Shown: positions 23,885 to 36,905 of the stretch, in pieces | Numbering within the stretch: the first letter of the stretch is position 1 | Layout of the letters: the number at the start of each line of letters is the position of its first letter | Source: Octopus sinensis | Lineage: Eukaryota | Direction: 5' to 3' | Length of the DNA stretch: 38,369 bases | NCBI RefSeq assembly: GCF_006345805.1 | Contig: NW_021836569.1 | Location: forward strand, 1-38,369 | Translations under genes and position numbers: made by a program | The notes under the pieces: model-generated | What the model was told of the DNA's origin: nothing | The model's input: the letters and a program-made list of their open reading frames with translations, nothing else | The model's database searches: none

Positions 23885-24070
23885 AGGGAAAGTTTACGAA
23901 AAAAAAACACAAGATGACGACAGTGGTGTACAAAACAACAGAATGTATTAGTATAGCGCTGACCAATAGAAAAAGTCTTTTACGTTTCGAGCCTACGCTC
24001 TTCTACAGAAAGGTAACGACAGAAAAACAAGGAGAGAAAAAATATGTGTAGTGGCTACGATCTATCAGGC
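23885..24070 (-). mobile_element. Short interspersed repeat family D (Penelope-pLTR-like) carrying a minimal hammerhead-like motif
   Basis: Homologous to 5815-5997. Contains the motif described at 23977-24012. Confidence 0.7.
23977..24012 (-). ncRNA. Minimal type I hammerhead-like motif (A6U core variant)
   Basis: Minus strand: CTTT-CTGTAGA-A-GAG-CGTAGG-CTC-GAAA-C-GT-A-AAAG, giving stem I CTTT/AAAG, stem II GAG/CTC, palindromic ACGT stem III and a GUA triplet. Confidence 0.5.
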
Positions 24071-24083
24071 GTATGCTCGGACA

Positions 24084-24120
<37 letters not shown>

Positions 24121-24824
24121 TATATATTATATATATCTATACTTATATACATTATATATACAATCGTTAAATGTATATAAGTACAGGTGACACAACAAAA
24201 TTTAGAATGAATTGTGTGTAATCTACAACGATTTACTAAGCTGCAGGAGAGTCACCATCACACCTGGCGGCTGAAAGGCGACGAAGTGCTTGCCGATCTT
24301 CATGTGATATACAGACAAATATTTGTCGCATTACCTTTGATGTTATGTGTAAGGCATCGGGCGAGAAGTAACAGATGCGGATTACAAGTCACTAAGAAGA
24401 GTTTATCCTTTCATATTCCGCTTCGGGCAATGCTTGTAAAGGCTGTATGAATTATCATATTCAATATAATAACAGTTTAAATGAAAACTTACACATCCCA
24501 ATTCTATACGTTTTAAATGTATATAGTTATTATATATATAAGATATATATTATCTATATATATATATATATATATACTCACCAAATATATCTATGTATGT
24601 GTTCTTCAAACATTCTGCAGAATTGTTTCTCGTTCTCCATCTCTCTTCTTATATGCAACAATCAAACTCTCGCATTCTATTATCCCTCTAATTAACACAA
24701 TCACACTCGTTTGCTCTCGCTCTCTCTCTCGTTCTTTATCTCTTTCTTTCTTTCTTTCTCTCTCTCTCTCTCTCTCTCGTTAATACCCAACTAACAGGAA
24801 ACACAAACCATATATAACGTAATA

Positions 24825-25064
24825 CTAAAATTGGATCTCACACAATATTAGACACACACACAGAAACAAACACACAAACACACACATACACGCACACACA
24901 GGCACAACCACACAGAAACAAACACGCACACACCCAAACACACACACACAAAAACTCACACGCACGCACAAATATAAACATGCACATTTAATACAACATA
25001 TATTAAATACATGTATGTGCGTACATATAGAGGAAGACAGACGTGTATGTATACGTATGCATAC

Positions 25065-25100
<36 letters not shown>

Positions 25101-25260
25101 ATGTGTGTGTGTGTATATGTACATGTGTGCATACTTCTATATTCGTATAATAGCTAGAAATAAAGTTATTATTCATGGAATAATTGAATACATGAAAATA
25201 TAACGTAACAGATACAATTGTTGATGACTAGCTTACATGTCTTTTTCACTGCGGGATTAT

Positions 25261-25294
<34 letters not shown>

Positions 25295-25392
25295 GCATAT
25301 ATATATATCTATATATATATACATACATACACATACATATATATACACATATATATGTATATCTGTGTGTGCATATATATATATACACATAT

Positions 25393-25430
<38 letters not shown>

Positions 25431-26353
25431 CATACGTATATAATTATATTATATATATATATATATGTATGTGTGTGGGTGGTGTGTGAGTGTGTGTGTG
25501 AATATGTGTGTGTGGGTAAGCATGTATTATGAGGGTAGATATGCACGAATGTATGTATGTTTTTATATTACACATATACGTAATAGACACACACACACAT
25601 ATATATACATATATATATGTATATATATAAATTTATATATATATGTGTGTGTGTGTGTGTAAGCATGTATTATAAGGGGAGATATGCACGAATATATATG
25701 TGTTTTTATATACACATATACCTATACACACACATACACACACATATATATATATTACTACATACATACTTATATACACTCACACAAACGTCTATGTGTT
25801 TGTGTGTGTGTATGTGTGTGTATATTGTAAATTTTTGTAATGGATTGTCGTATGAATTTCGTACGAATTTTTACTTTGTCTTTTACCAGTGTAATTTTGC
25901 GAAGGAATTTAAATGTCTAAATGCCGTTTGTTTAAAAATAGGGACGTAAATAGCAAGCAAAACTGGAGAAACGGATAAATAGCCTACTAACAAGATGAGG
26001 TAGGCAGAAGAGGGAAGTTGAAGGAGAAGGAAAAGAAGTGGTGGAAGGTGGTGAAGATGAAGAAGAAGAAGAAGAAGAAGAGGGAACTACAGCAAAAATG
26101 TTAAAATCTATAATATATGAACATGAACAACAACAACAACAAGAGAACTATCCTAAATAAATACAAACAACAATAACACAACAACAACAACAACAACAAC
26201 AATAGCAACCATAAAGGCAGAGAAATTGTTCCCAATTGCTACAAGCGCACGCTTACTATATTAACAATCTTAAGCCAAATGCCATATAATTTAAATCGCT
26301 TAATATATATATATATACATATATAACAATATACATACATGCATTTATATATA

Positions 26354-26395
<42 letters not shown>

Positions 26396-27250
26396 TACAT
26401 ATATGAGCAATTGAATAAATAATTTTTCTAAATATACATATGGTACGTACACGCATATATGCCATATGTATACATATACATATATTATATATATACACAT
26501 ACACAGACATACACACACACATAAATATATATTTATTTGTATATATTTATGTGTGGACATATATATAATTTACATTTATATCTAAATAATTACACAAAAT
26601 GTTTATACATAGATCTTTAAGCAAATTAATATATATGTGTATTTGTGTGTGTGTGTACTAGATATATGTACATATGTACGTATATGTGTGCAAATACCAT
26701 CTGCCTCTCTCACCCTCTCTCTCTCTCAATTTAAATATATACATCCAGGTTTGGGCATGTATTTATCTCTCTCTCTTTCTGTATATAGATATCTATCTAT
26801 ATATAACATATATATCTTTACATACCTAAGTTTGTATCATAATATGTAAATTTACATTTTTATTCGTATATCTTCCATTTTAACATATATATATGTACTT
26901 ATATATGTTTATATAACATATACATATATGTATGAATACATATATATTTATATATTCATATATGTATGTTAAATATACATATATGTATGTATATATATAT
27001 ATATACATATATCTTCATACATATATATTATATATATTCATACATAAATGTGTGTATATAGATACATATATACCTTTATGTACGAATATATATTTATGTA
27101 TGGAAGATATATATCATATATATATATATTATATATATATATACACTGCATATAGTACGAAAGATCGATACATAGGTATATATAATATATATAGGAATAG
27201 ACAAAGACATACATATATACATACATACATACATACATACATACATAAAT
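24825..27250. repeat. Extended low-complexity block of (TA)n/(CA)n/(TG)n plus GAA/CAA tracts, with a ~143-bp local duplication (25517 and 25660)
   Basis: Direct repeats. TAAGCATGTATTAT.AGGG.AGATATGCACGAAT occurs twice. Confidence 0.9.
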
Positions 27251-28225
27251 TTATATACATTCCTTTGTTTTGTTACGAAAAATACATATCCACCATGTTA
27301 TTACTTCTTAGCCTCGTGCATTTAGTTTTTATTGTTTCTTTACTGTTTAAATCGATGTCTTAAATTTTACGCATATTATTAAGTCGTGTTGGGCAGTAAG
27401 GGGAACGGGAATGATATGCAACATTTAAAATAATATTCCTCCAGTTATATAATAACGCATATGATTGCTATATATACGATGTATGATACGTGTTTTTTTT
27501 CTTTCATTTTAATATTTGATATTTCTCTATGTATGAAAGATGTTTCAGTAATATCGTTTTGTTTTGTGTCTTTATATGTATTCGATAAATATGAATAAAA
27601 TAAATAAAATATTAAAATAAAAGAAGGTATGAAGGAAATGATGATAGAGAGAAGGAAGAAAGAGAGAGAGAGAAGGAAGAGAGAGATAGAGAGAGAGTGA
27701 TATATTATTTATAAGAGTTTATATCAAACAGGATGTTTTTATTTCTTTCATCACCCACACCCTATCCCTCACATTCAATAATCTCTCTGTGCGTGGGTTT
27801 AAGTGTATATATCAGTGTGTATGTGTGGATATATATATATACGTACACATAAAAATACATACTTGCATACGCATACACAAACGTAATATTTAATATCCAT
27901 ATATTACATATATATATATATATAATATCTATATATATATATATATAATATATATAATATATACTAGTTTAAATATACGTTTATGTATGCGTATACACGT
28001 ATGTATTTTTATGTGTACGTATACACACAGACAGACACATATACAAATATATATTTATATATGCATATGCATATTATGCATATAGTCAAACATAAATAAA
28101 CAAACAAATAGAGAGCTAAATAGGTAGATAAGTGGATGTATAAATAGATAATTGATAGATAGATAAATATTTAGATACATAGACAAATAGATAGAGCCAT
28201 AGAAGAACAGATACATAGATAGATA

Positions 28226-28261
<36 letters not shown>

Positions 28262-28297
28262 TAAATAGGTAAGAAGATAGATGGATAGATAGGTAGG

Positions 28298-28332
<35 letters not shown>

Positions 28333-28480
28333 GACTAAAGATATTAAGATCGTTAGTTTAAGAAAGCTGTATGAGATATCAAAATACTATTTAGTGCTGT
28401 ATACATACATAAATACATACATACATACATACATAGATACATACTATATACATACATACATACATAGATACATACATACA

Positions 28481-28522
<42 letters not shown>

Positions 28523-28627
28523 GTATGTATAAATATATATATATTTATGTTTATGTATATGTATATGTATAAGTATATATATATATATAGTTATATATTT
28601 ATATATATATATTTATATATGTATATG

Positions 28628-28658
<31 letters not shown>

Positions 28659-28659
28659 A

Positions 28660-28670
28660 GATATATAGAC

Positions 28671-28733
<63 letters not shown>

Positions 28734-28734
28734 C

Positions 28735-28774
<40 letters not shown>

Positions 28775-28784
28775 CAATAGATTA

Positions 28785-28824
<40 letters not shown>

Positions 28825-28838
28825 TTAGATAGGTAGAT

Positions 28839-28892
<54 letters not shown>

Positions 28893-28920
28893 GGATGGAT
28901 GGATGGGTGGATGGATATAT
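28660..28920. repeat. (GATA)n microsatellite
   Basis: Direct repeats. Confidence 0.95.
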
Positions 28921-29742
28921 ACATAGATAGATATACACACACATACACACACAGGTTTAAGTGTGTATATTTTTTGTGTTTTTGAAATCATACAATAAAT
29001 TGACGTTTATGGAAGATAAAGACTTGATTTTAATTTCAGGTTAGGAAATTAAAGATCAGAGGCAAATAATAATGCATGTGTGCATGTATAGCTACACGTC
29101 TGAACTCGTTGTTGCTACATAGATATATATGTACAAATGTGTGTATATATATAGTATATATAGGATTTGACATGTATAAGCGGATACTTAGATGAATATG
29201 TATTTATTTTATTTATTTACGTATATACATGATCATATACATATATATATATACATATATATATATACGGCGATATTTTTGCATATTAAATCATATACAC
29301 TCATACACACGCCTCATGTGCCCTCACATGTATATTATCATACAAATATATAAATGCATTTTATGTGATTAAATAATATTTCATTTGTATATATGATATA
29401 CGCATGAGCACATGAGTATATCTCCCTGTTTTTATACATACATATATATATATTATATATATTATATATATATATATAATATATATATATATATACATTT
29501 ATATACATATATGTGCATATGTTATGGAGAGAGAGTGTGTGTGCGGGGAGAGAGAGAAACACGGATATGTATTTATTTGAGCATATATATACATATGTTA
29601 ATGTGTGTGTATATATATATACGCATTGAGAAAGGCAAGGAGAGAGAATGATGGAGGGTGAGAGAGAGAAAGAGAGATAGAGAGAAATAGCAAATAAAAA
29701 CGTGTATTTACATTTGTATGTACATAAACATACATATGTATA

Positions 29743-29797
<55 letters not shown>

Positions 29798-31170
29798 TGC
29801 TTTATACATATGCACATATAAATACACACACACACACACACACACAATATATATATATATACATATATTTATAATGTATACATAAACACAATTTCATACT
29901 CGTATACTTTAATCCAAGCATTTGCACGTACACACGATCACACACACGCAGACGCACATACACTAACACACATACACATAAACCCACATAAACCCACAGA
30001 TATACACACATACAAATACACATGCGTATAAACCCTTTTTAGTAAATAATCCTTGTTGATGGCCGCTCGAGATAAAACGTGCTTGGGAAACATTTGATAA
30101 AATTAGGCGTCAGTCAAAATGGCCGCTTCGATTCAATAAATGCTTAGTAATCACGTGAGGACGTTTGAGTCCTTGTCGCTTTTTTTTTCTCTTACTGTTA
30201 ATATGGTGGTTTTGTTTAGCCATAAATCAACCCGAATGAGGAAACGTGTGATAAATTACATCCCGTTCTGAATATTTTTTCTTAGTATTTTTTGTTTTGT
30301 TTTGGATTTTGTCGCTAAGATTCTATTACGAAGTAAGTGCTTTCTCTTTTTATGATGCCTTGGAAGGACCAGGAAAGACTTTAGCTTCTATTTCTAGAAA
30401 TATACGGTTGTTTCGAGATAGTGACCATGTCAGGTCTGATCTAGATGAAAAGACATATGAATAATGCTACTCTAAATGAGTTCTTCCTGTTTAATTAGGT
30501 ACATGGACGAATATACTAATCGAATTGCATTTGACGCTAAGCATAGATCAATGGGGATTAGGTTTTGATTTCAAGCTGGTTTTACAACTACCTCCAGTCT
30601 CCGTCCTTTAATCGTTGTTGCTGTCCTTTAAACCCAGGATAGCAGTTGAATATATGTATGTGTGTGCGGTATGCATTTATACAAAGGACTGTATAATTAT
30701 GAAATGAACTTCATTGGCTTACAGTTGTTTCGGCTATGAGATACAGAGCACATTGCATAATTTGCTGTTCATTTGTCTTTTATTTAATCTCTTATTAATT
30801 TTTGTACTTGACTAACACTTTTGTTGAAGTGTTTGTAAAATAAGCCGTAGCACCAGCTTTCTATTGTCGCTACACCAAACCAAAACATTGATATATATAT
30901 ATATATATATAATATATATATATATGTGTGTGTGTGTGTGTATGTGCGTGCGTATGTGTCTGTATATATATATATATATCTATATATATATTTATATATA
31001 TATATACATATATATGTACATATACATATCTATACGTATATATACACACACATATATATATGTATAATATATAATATATATATATACATATATACATATA
31101 TGCATAGTTGTAGTACATACTATATCTATAAGTATATATATATAATGTGTGTGTGTATGGGGGCACACAT

Positions 31171-31205
<35 letters not shown>

Positions 31206-32159
31206 ATAGATGTAAGTAAGTACATACACGTATATATATATATACAAACCAAATACTGAAATTCATACTTATTTCATCTAGTATGCTAGGGCACTCTTTC
31301 CTATAATTGAATTTCAATTCATAGCTAGACTACCGACTCAGTTTACACGCTACAATTTCCACGCTATAATTTTACACGTTATAATTTCCTTATCGTTCCC
31401 TATGTTTTTCCATGTATTCTTCAACCCTTTACTTAGCCCATTCTACACACTATATCGTACATATTTTAAATAATAACCTTACCCTTACACTACGGCTTCT
31501 ATTGAAATTACAGGGCCTAACTTAGAAGCTACAAATTAGAGCTACATATGTCCAACAACAACAACAACACCGGATATCCCTAATAGCTCTAACTCCTTCG
31601 GTTTACACCGCCAATCAACTAGCCACCATTTGCACCGAATGTAGGAATCTACGGACACGTGGAATTATGAAAGTAACTAAATATAAGACTCAAGATTTAA
31701 CGAACTCTCTTCGCTTTTATCCTCCTATTGACAAGTGGAATTACGTAAGTCACTGGCATGTAAGACTACTGAATTAACGAACATTTTTTCCTTTCCTTTC
31801 CTTCTATTTTTCCTTCTTTATTATCTTCGCATTATAATCGTTCTGACGATGTCTATCAATTGCAACGAGGTAAATGCAAATTTACCCCTTTTGGTAAATA
31901 GAAACAGCTGTAAGCATATTCCAATTTTAATTAAATAATGACGTTAAAACACAAACGATCCACTTCCCATTGATTTCTTATCGTCCCTCTATATATTAAA
32001 CTACGGTTTTACCTTTAAATAACCTACTACCGTATACCTTATAAAAAGGGCCATACATACGGAAGTGGAACTCAGAACGTGAAGAAGGACAAAATGCTGC
32101 TCAGACCACTACCAATAACAATTCTAATTCTTTCTACCAAATCTAATTATAATCAATAA

Positions 32160-32372
32160 TAATATCCTTGTTACTATAGGCACAAGGCCTGGATTTTGTG
32201 GGAACGGGGACAGTCGATCAAATCGAATCCAGTACTCACCTGGTACTTAATTTATCAACCCCGAAAGGATGAAAGGCAAAGTCGACCTCGGCGGAATTTG
32301 AACTCAGAACGTAGCAGCATTTCGCTAAGCATTTCGCCCGGCGTGCTACCGATTCTTCCAGCTCGTCGCTAT
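32160..32372 (-). mobile_element. SINE family B monomer with 3' end
   Basis: GGCACAAGGCCTG...CTGGTACTTAATTTATCAACCCCGAAAGGATGAAAGGCAAAGTCGACCTCGGCGGAATTTGAACTCAG...CCAGCTCGTCG. Confidence 0.9.
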
Positions 32373-32389
32373 TAGCTGCTTTTATCATA

Positions 32390-32849
32390 ATAATAATAAT
32401 AATAATAATAATAATATAATAATAATAATAATAATAATAATATTCATTCTACTGGAAGCAGAGGGCCACAAATTTGAGGTAAGGGATTAATTCGATTGCA
32501 TCGAACCCAGTGCGTAACTGGTGCTTATTTAATCGACCCTCGAAAGGATGAATAGACAAAGTCGACCGCAGCGGGATATGAACTCAAAATGTAGCAGGAG
32601 ATGAAATACCTATTTCTTTACTACCCACAAGGGGCTAAACACAGAGATACAAGCAAGGACAGACAAAGGGATAAGTCGATTATATCGACCCCAGTGCGTC
32701 ACTGGTACTTAATTTATCGACCCCGAAAGCATGAAAGGCAAAGTTGACCTCGACGGAATTTGAACTCAGAACGTGGCGGCAGACGAAATACTTCTACGCA
32801 TTTTGCCCGGCGTGCTAGCGATTTTGCCAGCTCACTGCCTTGCGCCGCC

Positions 32850-32903
<54 letters not shown>

Positions 32904-33349
32904 TATATAATAATAATAATAATTCATTCTACTGGAAGCAGAGGGCCACAAATTTGAGGTAAGGGATTAATTCGATTGCATCGAACCCAGTGCGTAACTG
33001 GTGCTTATTTAATCGACCTCGAAAGGATGAAAGACAAAGTCGACCGCAGCGGGATATGAACTCAAAATGTAGCAGGAGATGAAATACCTATTTCTTTACT
33101 ACCCACAAGGGGCTAAACACAGAGAGGACAAGCAAGGACAGACAAAGGGATTAAGTCGATTATATCGACCCCAGTGCGTCACTGGTACTTAATTTATCGA
33201 CCCCGAAAGCATGAAAGGCAAAGTTGACCTCGACGGAATTTGAACTCAGAACGTGGCGGCAGACGAAATACTGCTACGCATTTTGCCCGGCGTGCTAGCG
33301 ATTTTGCCAGCTCACTGCCTTGCGCCGCCTTAATAATAATAATAATAAT

Positions 33350-33386
<37 letters not shown>

Positions 33387-33395
33387 TAATAATAA
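32390..33395 (-). repeat. Recent ~480-bp tandem duplication of a SINE B dimer-type copy between (TAA)n tracts
   Basis: 32442-32850 and 32922-33331 are near identical. Three TAA tracts flank them. Confidence 0.95.
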
Positions 33396-33625
33396 TGGTT
33401 TCAAATTTTTGCACAGGACCAGCATTTTCAAGGAGAAAGTAAGTCGGCTACATGGACCCCAGTGTTCAACTGGTACATATTCTATTCGAATTATTTTATT
33501 CGACCCTGAAACAATGATGAGCACAGTCGACACAAGCAATATTTGAAATCTGCCCCGTAAAAACGGACGAAATGCCGCTAAGCATCTTGTTCGGACTGCT
33601 AACAATTGTACGAGCTCAGCACCTG
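33396..33625 (-). mobile_element. SINE family B (old, diverged) with (ATT)n tail
   Basis: GGTTTCAAATTTTTGCACAGGACC...GACCCCAGTGTTCAACTGGTAC...GACGAAATGCCGCTAAGCAT. Confidence 0.75.
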
Positions 33626-33629
33626 ATTT

Positions 33630-33840
33630 TCATCTTTTGTTTCTTTCTTTTACGTATTTCAGTCATTTGACTGCGGCCATGCTGGAGCACTGTCTTTTAG
33701 GTGAAGAAATCGACACCTCAACTTATTCTTTGTAAGCTTGGTGCTTATTCTATCGGTTTGTTTTGTCGAACCGTTAAATTACTGGGATGTAGACACACCA
33801 ACGCCGGTTGGCAAGCGATTGTGGCGGGAAGAAACATACA
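33630..33840 (-). mobile_element. SINE family A 3' half
   Basis: TTTCAGTCATTTGACTGCGGCCATGCTGGAGCAC...TTATTCTATCGG...GAACCG. Confidence 0.85.
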
Positions 33841-34015
33841 CCATCACCACTACCACCATCATCACCAAACTACCAACAATAGAGCGACACCTACAACAAC
33901 TATCACCACCACAACCATGACTACCACAAGCAGGACTACCAGCATAACCCCTCTACAAACACATCAACCACCGCCATAAACACAACCACTACAAGCACCA
34001 CCACCACAACCACCA

Positions 34016-34748
34016 ATACCTATTTCTTTATTACCCACAAGAGGCTAAACATAGAGAGGACAAACAAGGACAGACATAGGTATTCAGTCGATTACATCGA
34101 CCCCAGTGCGCAACTGGTACTTAATTTATCGACTCCGAAAGGATGAAAAGCAAAGTCGACCTCGGCGGAATTTGAACTCACAACGTAACGGCAGACGAAA
34201 TACCTATTTCTTTATTACCCACAAGGGGCTAAACATAGAGGAGACAAACAACGATAGACATAGGTATTAAGTCGATTACATCGACCCCAGTGCGTAACTG
34301 GTACTTAATTTATCGACCCCGAAAGGATGAAAGGTAAAGTCGACCTCGGCGGAATTTGAACTCAGAACGTAACGGCAGACGAAATACCTATTTCTTTACT
34401 ACCCACAAGGGGCTAAACACAGAGAGGACAAACAAGGACAGACAAACGCATTGGGGTCGATATAATCTACTTAATCCGTTTGTCTGTCCTTGTTTGTCCT
34501 CTCTGTGTTTGCCCCTTGTGGTAGTAAGAAATAGGTATTTCGTCTGCCGTTACGTTCTGAGTTCAAATTCCGCCGAGGTCGACTTTGCCTTTCATCCTTT
34601 CGGGGTCGATAAATTAATTTATCGACCCCGAAAGGATGAAAGGCAATGTCGACCTCGGCGGAATTTGAACTCAGAACGTAACGGCAGACGAAATACTGCT
34701 ACGCATTTCGCCCGGCATGCTAACGATTCTGCCAGCTCGCCGCCTTAA
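34016..34748 (-). mobile_element. SINE family B tandem array (~183-bp headless units) with an internal inverted unit
   Basis: Head at 34748. Minus-oriented units start at ~34017, ~34201 and ~34385. A plus-oriented unit lies at 34447-34617. Confidence 0.93.
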
Positions 34749-35037
34749 CTATCAAAAACGACAAGCAGCACCGCACCCAGAACCACCAAAACTACCACCG
34801 CCACCACCACCACCACCACCACCACCACCGTCTTCACACTCACCGAAACAACAAGGTCAGCTTCAGTGATTCCTATACTGTTGAGAATGCCAATGAACAA
34901 CCGAGAACGATAGTAGCGACGAACTTACGATTTTGCCAACGATGGTATATCTCTATGACGTGCACCACCACCACCACCACTATCATCATGAACAGCAACA
35001 ACAACAACAACAACTGCAACAACAGCAACAGCACCGA

Positions 35038-35200
35038 CAACGGATATTCGTACAAATTAATCGAATTGATCTTCATTATCTATGAATAGTTCCAAGTCAT
35101 CCATAAAGAAAAGAGGATTTATTTTCTACAGCCTGTCTCCAGTAATATTCTTCGAATCATTTACCATTCTTGGAATCAGAGTCAAAAGCTACATTACTAA
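35038..35200 (-). mobile_element. R4/Dong-like RT fragment (catalytic motif)
   Basis: Minus strand KINPLFFMDDLELFIDNEDQFD*FV matches INHLLFMDDLKLY....EDQ.D.LV. Confidence 0.7.
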
Positions 35201-35945
35201 ACAACAACAACAACAACAACAACAACAGCAACAACAACAGTAGCGGAAGCAGAAGCAGCAACAGTAACAAATACAACACCAAAAAAATGGTTAGGAATGA
35301 ACGTTGAAGAATCTATCGCCTACCCAACATTCTTGTAAATTCTTCTAATGATGTTAATACTTCGTACATCTTAACCAGTAATAGTTTAATTCTGGTTTCC
35401 ATTTACTCAAAAGTCTTTTACAATCAGAATCTTTATATTTATAGTCTCTGCTAAACCTAGCCATTTTTTCGAGAATTCCATTATCCAAGAATTAGGAAAA
35501 ATCATCGAAGGCATATTTATAATTCAATCCATGCCATTTGGGAGAAATTTTGTTTCGTTTTGTTTGATTTTTTTGTGTGTTTGTTTGTTTTTCTTCTCTT
35601 TTTGTTCTTTTTCAGCCACGTTCAAATATTTAGTGTATACATACATACTCACATACATACATACATACATACATACATACATACATACATACATACATGT
35701 ACACACAAAGATGCACACATTACACACATATAAATGTATATATGTGTATACACGCGTGTCATTGCATGTATTTAGATATATGTAAACATATGCATATATA
35801 TATATGTGTGTGTGTGTGGGTGGGTGTGTGGGTGTGTGTGTTTACATATGTATGTATATATGTATATATATGTGTGTGTATGTGTGCATATTTATTTACA
35901 TATGTAGTTACGTATATATGTACATATATGCATATATATATACAC

Positions 35946-35985
<40 letters not shown>

Positions 35986-36542
35986 AGTTATGTATGTATA
36001 TATACATATATATTTATTTATATATATATATGCATGCATATATATATATTTATACATAGATACATACATACACACAAACACACAAACACACCCACGCGCA
36101 CACACTCACATACACACACAGGCGCACACACATAGACTCAGAAACACACATACACACACACATAGACACACAAACACGCACATACATACGCACACACATA
36201 TACGCACGCCACACATATATGGCGGTAATACATCTGCAATAACTTGATTTCCCTGTCTTCATATTTTCTTTATTGGCATTTTAATTGATCTCTGCATTTA
36301 TTATAGGCTACGAGTCTTCAAGCGGGGTGTTCACAGGGGCATTAGATTTGCTAGAAATGGCAGTCTAATTCACATTTTATAAAAGTTTACTATCTTTACG
36401 AAGCAGATTTATATGCGAGATGTTATTATCTAATGTAGAATTAAAATCATTATAGATGGCATGGTCATAGCTAGAACGCCTTTCACGATAAGGTGTTGTG
36501 ATTGATGCTTTCCTGCCACCTCATATGTATATAAATATATAT

Positions 36543-36905
36543 AGGCGCAGGAGTGGCTGTGTGGTAAGTAGCTTGCTAACCAACCACATGGTTCCGGGTT
36601 CAGTCCCACTGCGTGGCATCTTGGGCAAGTGTCCTCTGCTATAGCCCCGGGCCGACCAATGCCTTGTGAGTGGATTTGCTAGACAGAAACTGAAAGAAGT
36701 CCGTCGTATATATGTATGTATATATATATATATATGTCTGTGTGTGTGGTTGTGTGTCTGTGTTTGTCCCCCTAGCATTGCTTGACAACCGATGCTGGTG
36801 TGTTCACCAGCATCGGCAAAAAGAGACCGATAGAATATGTATTGGGCTTACAAAGAATAAGTCCCGGGGTCGAGTTGCTCGATTTAAGGCGGTGCTCCAG
36901 CATGG
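36543..36905 (+). mobile_element. SINE family A, young-looking, with the last ~30 nt replaced by the adjacent LINE fragment
   Basis: GGCGCAGGAGTGGCTGTGTGGTAAG (A-box-like), GGTTCAGTCCC (B-box-like), through GGCGGTGCTCCAGCATGG. Confidence 0.95.

Noticed and set aside
30085-30160. CAAAATGGCCGC (YY1-like) and TCACGTGA (E-box) motifs
   Set aside because: Short motifs without independent support, next to probable repeat fragments.
32390-33395. Repeat-spacer-like alternation suggesting a CRISPR array
   Set aside because: The 'spacers' are identical ~410-bp SINE copies and the 'repeats' are TAA microsatellites. The context is eukaryotic and there are no cas genes.
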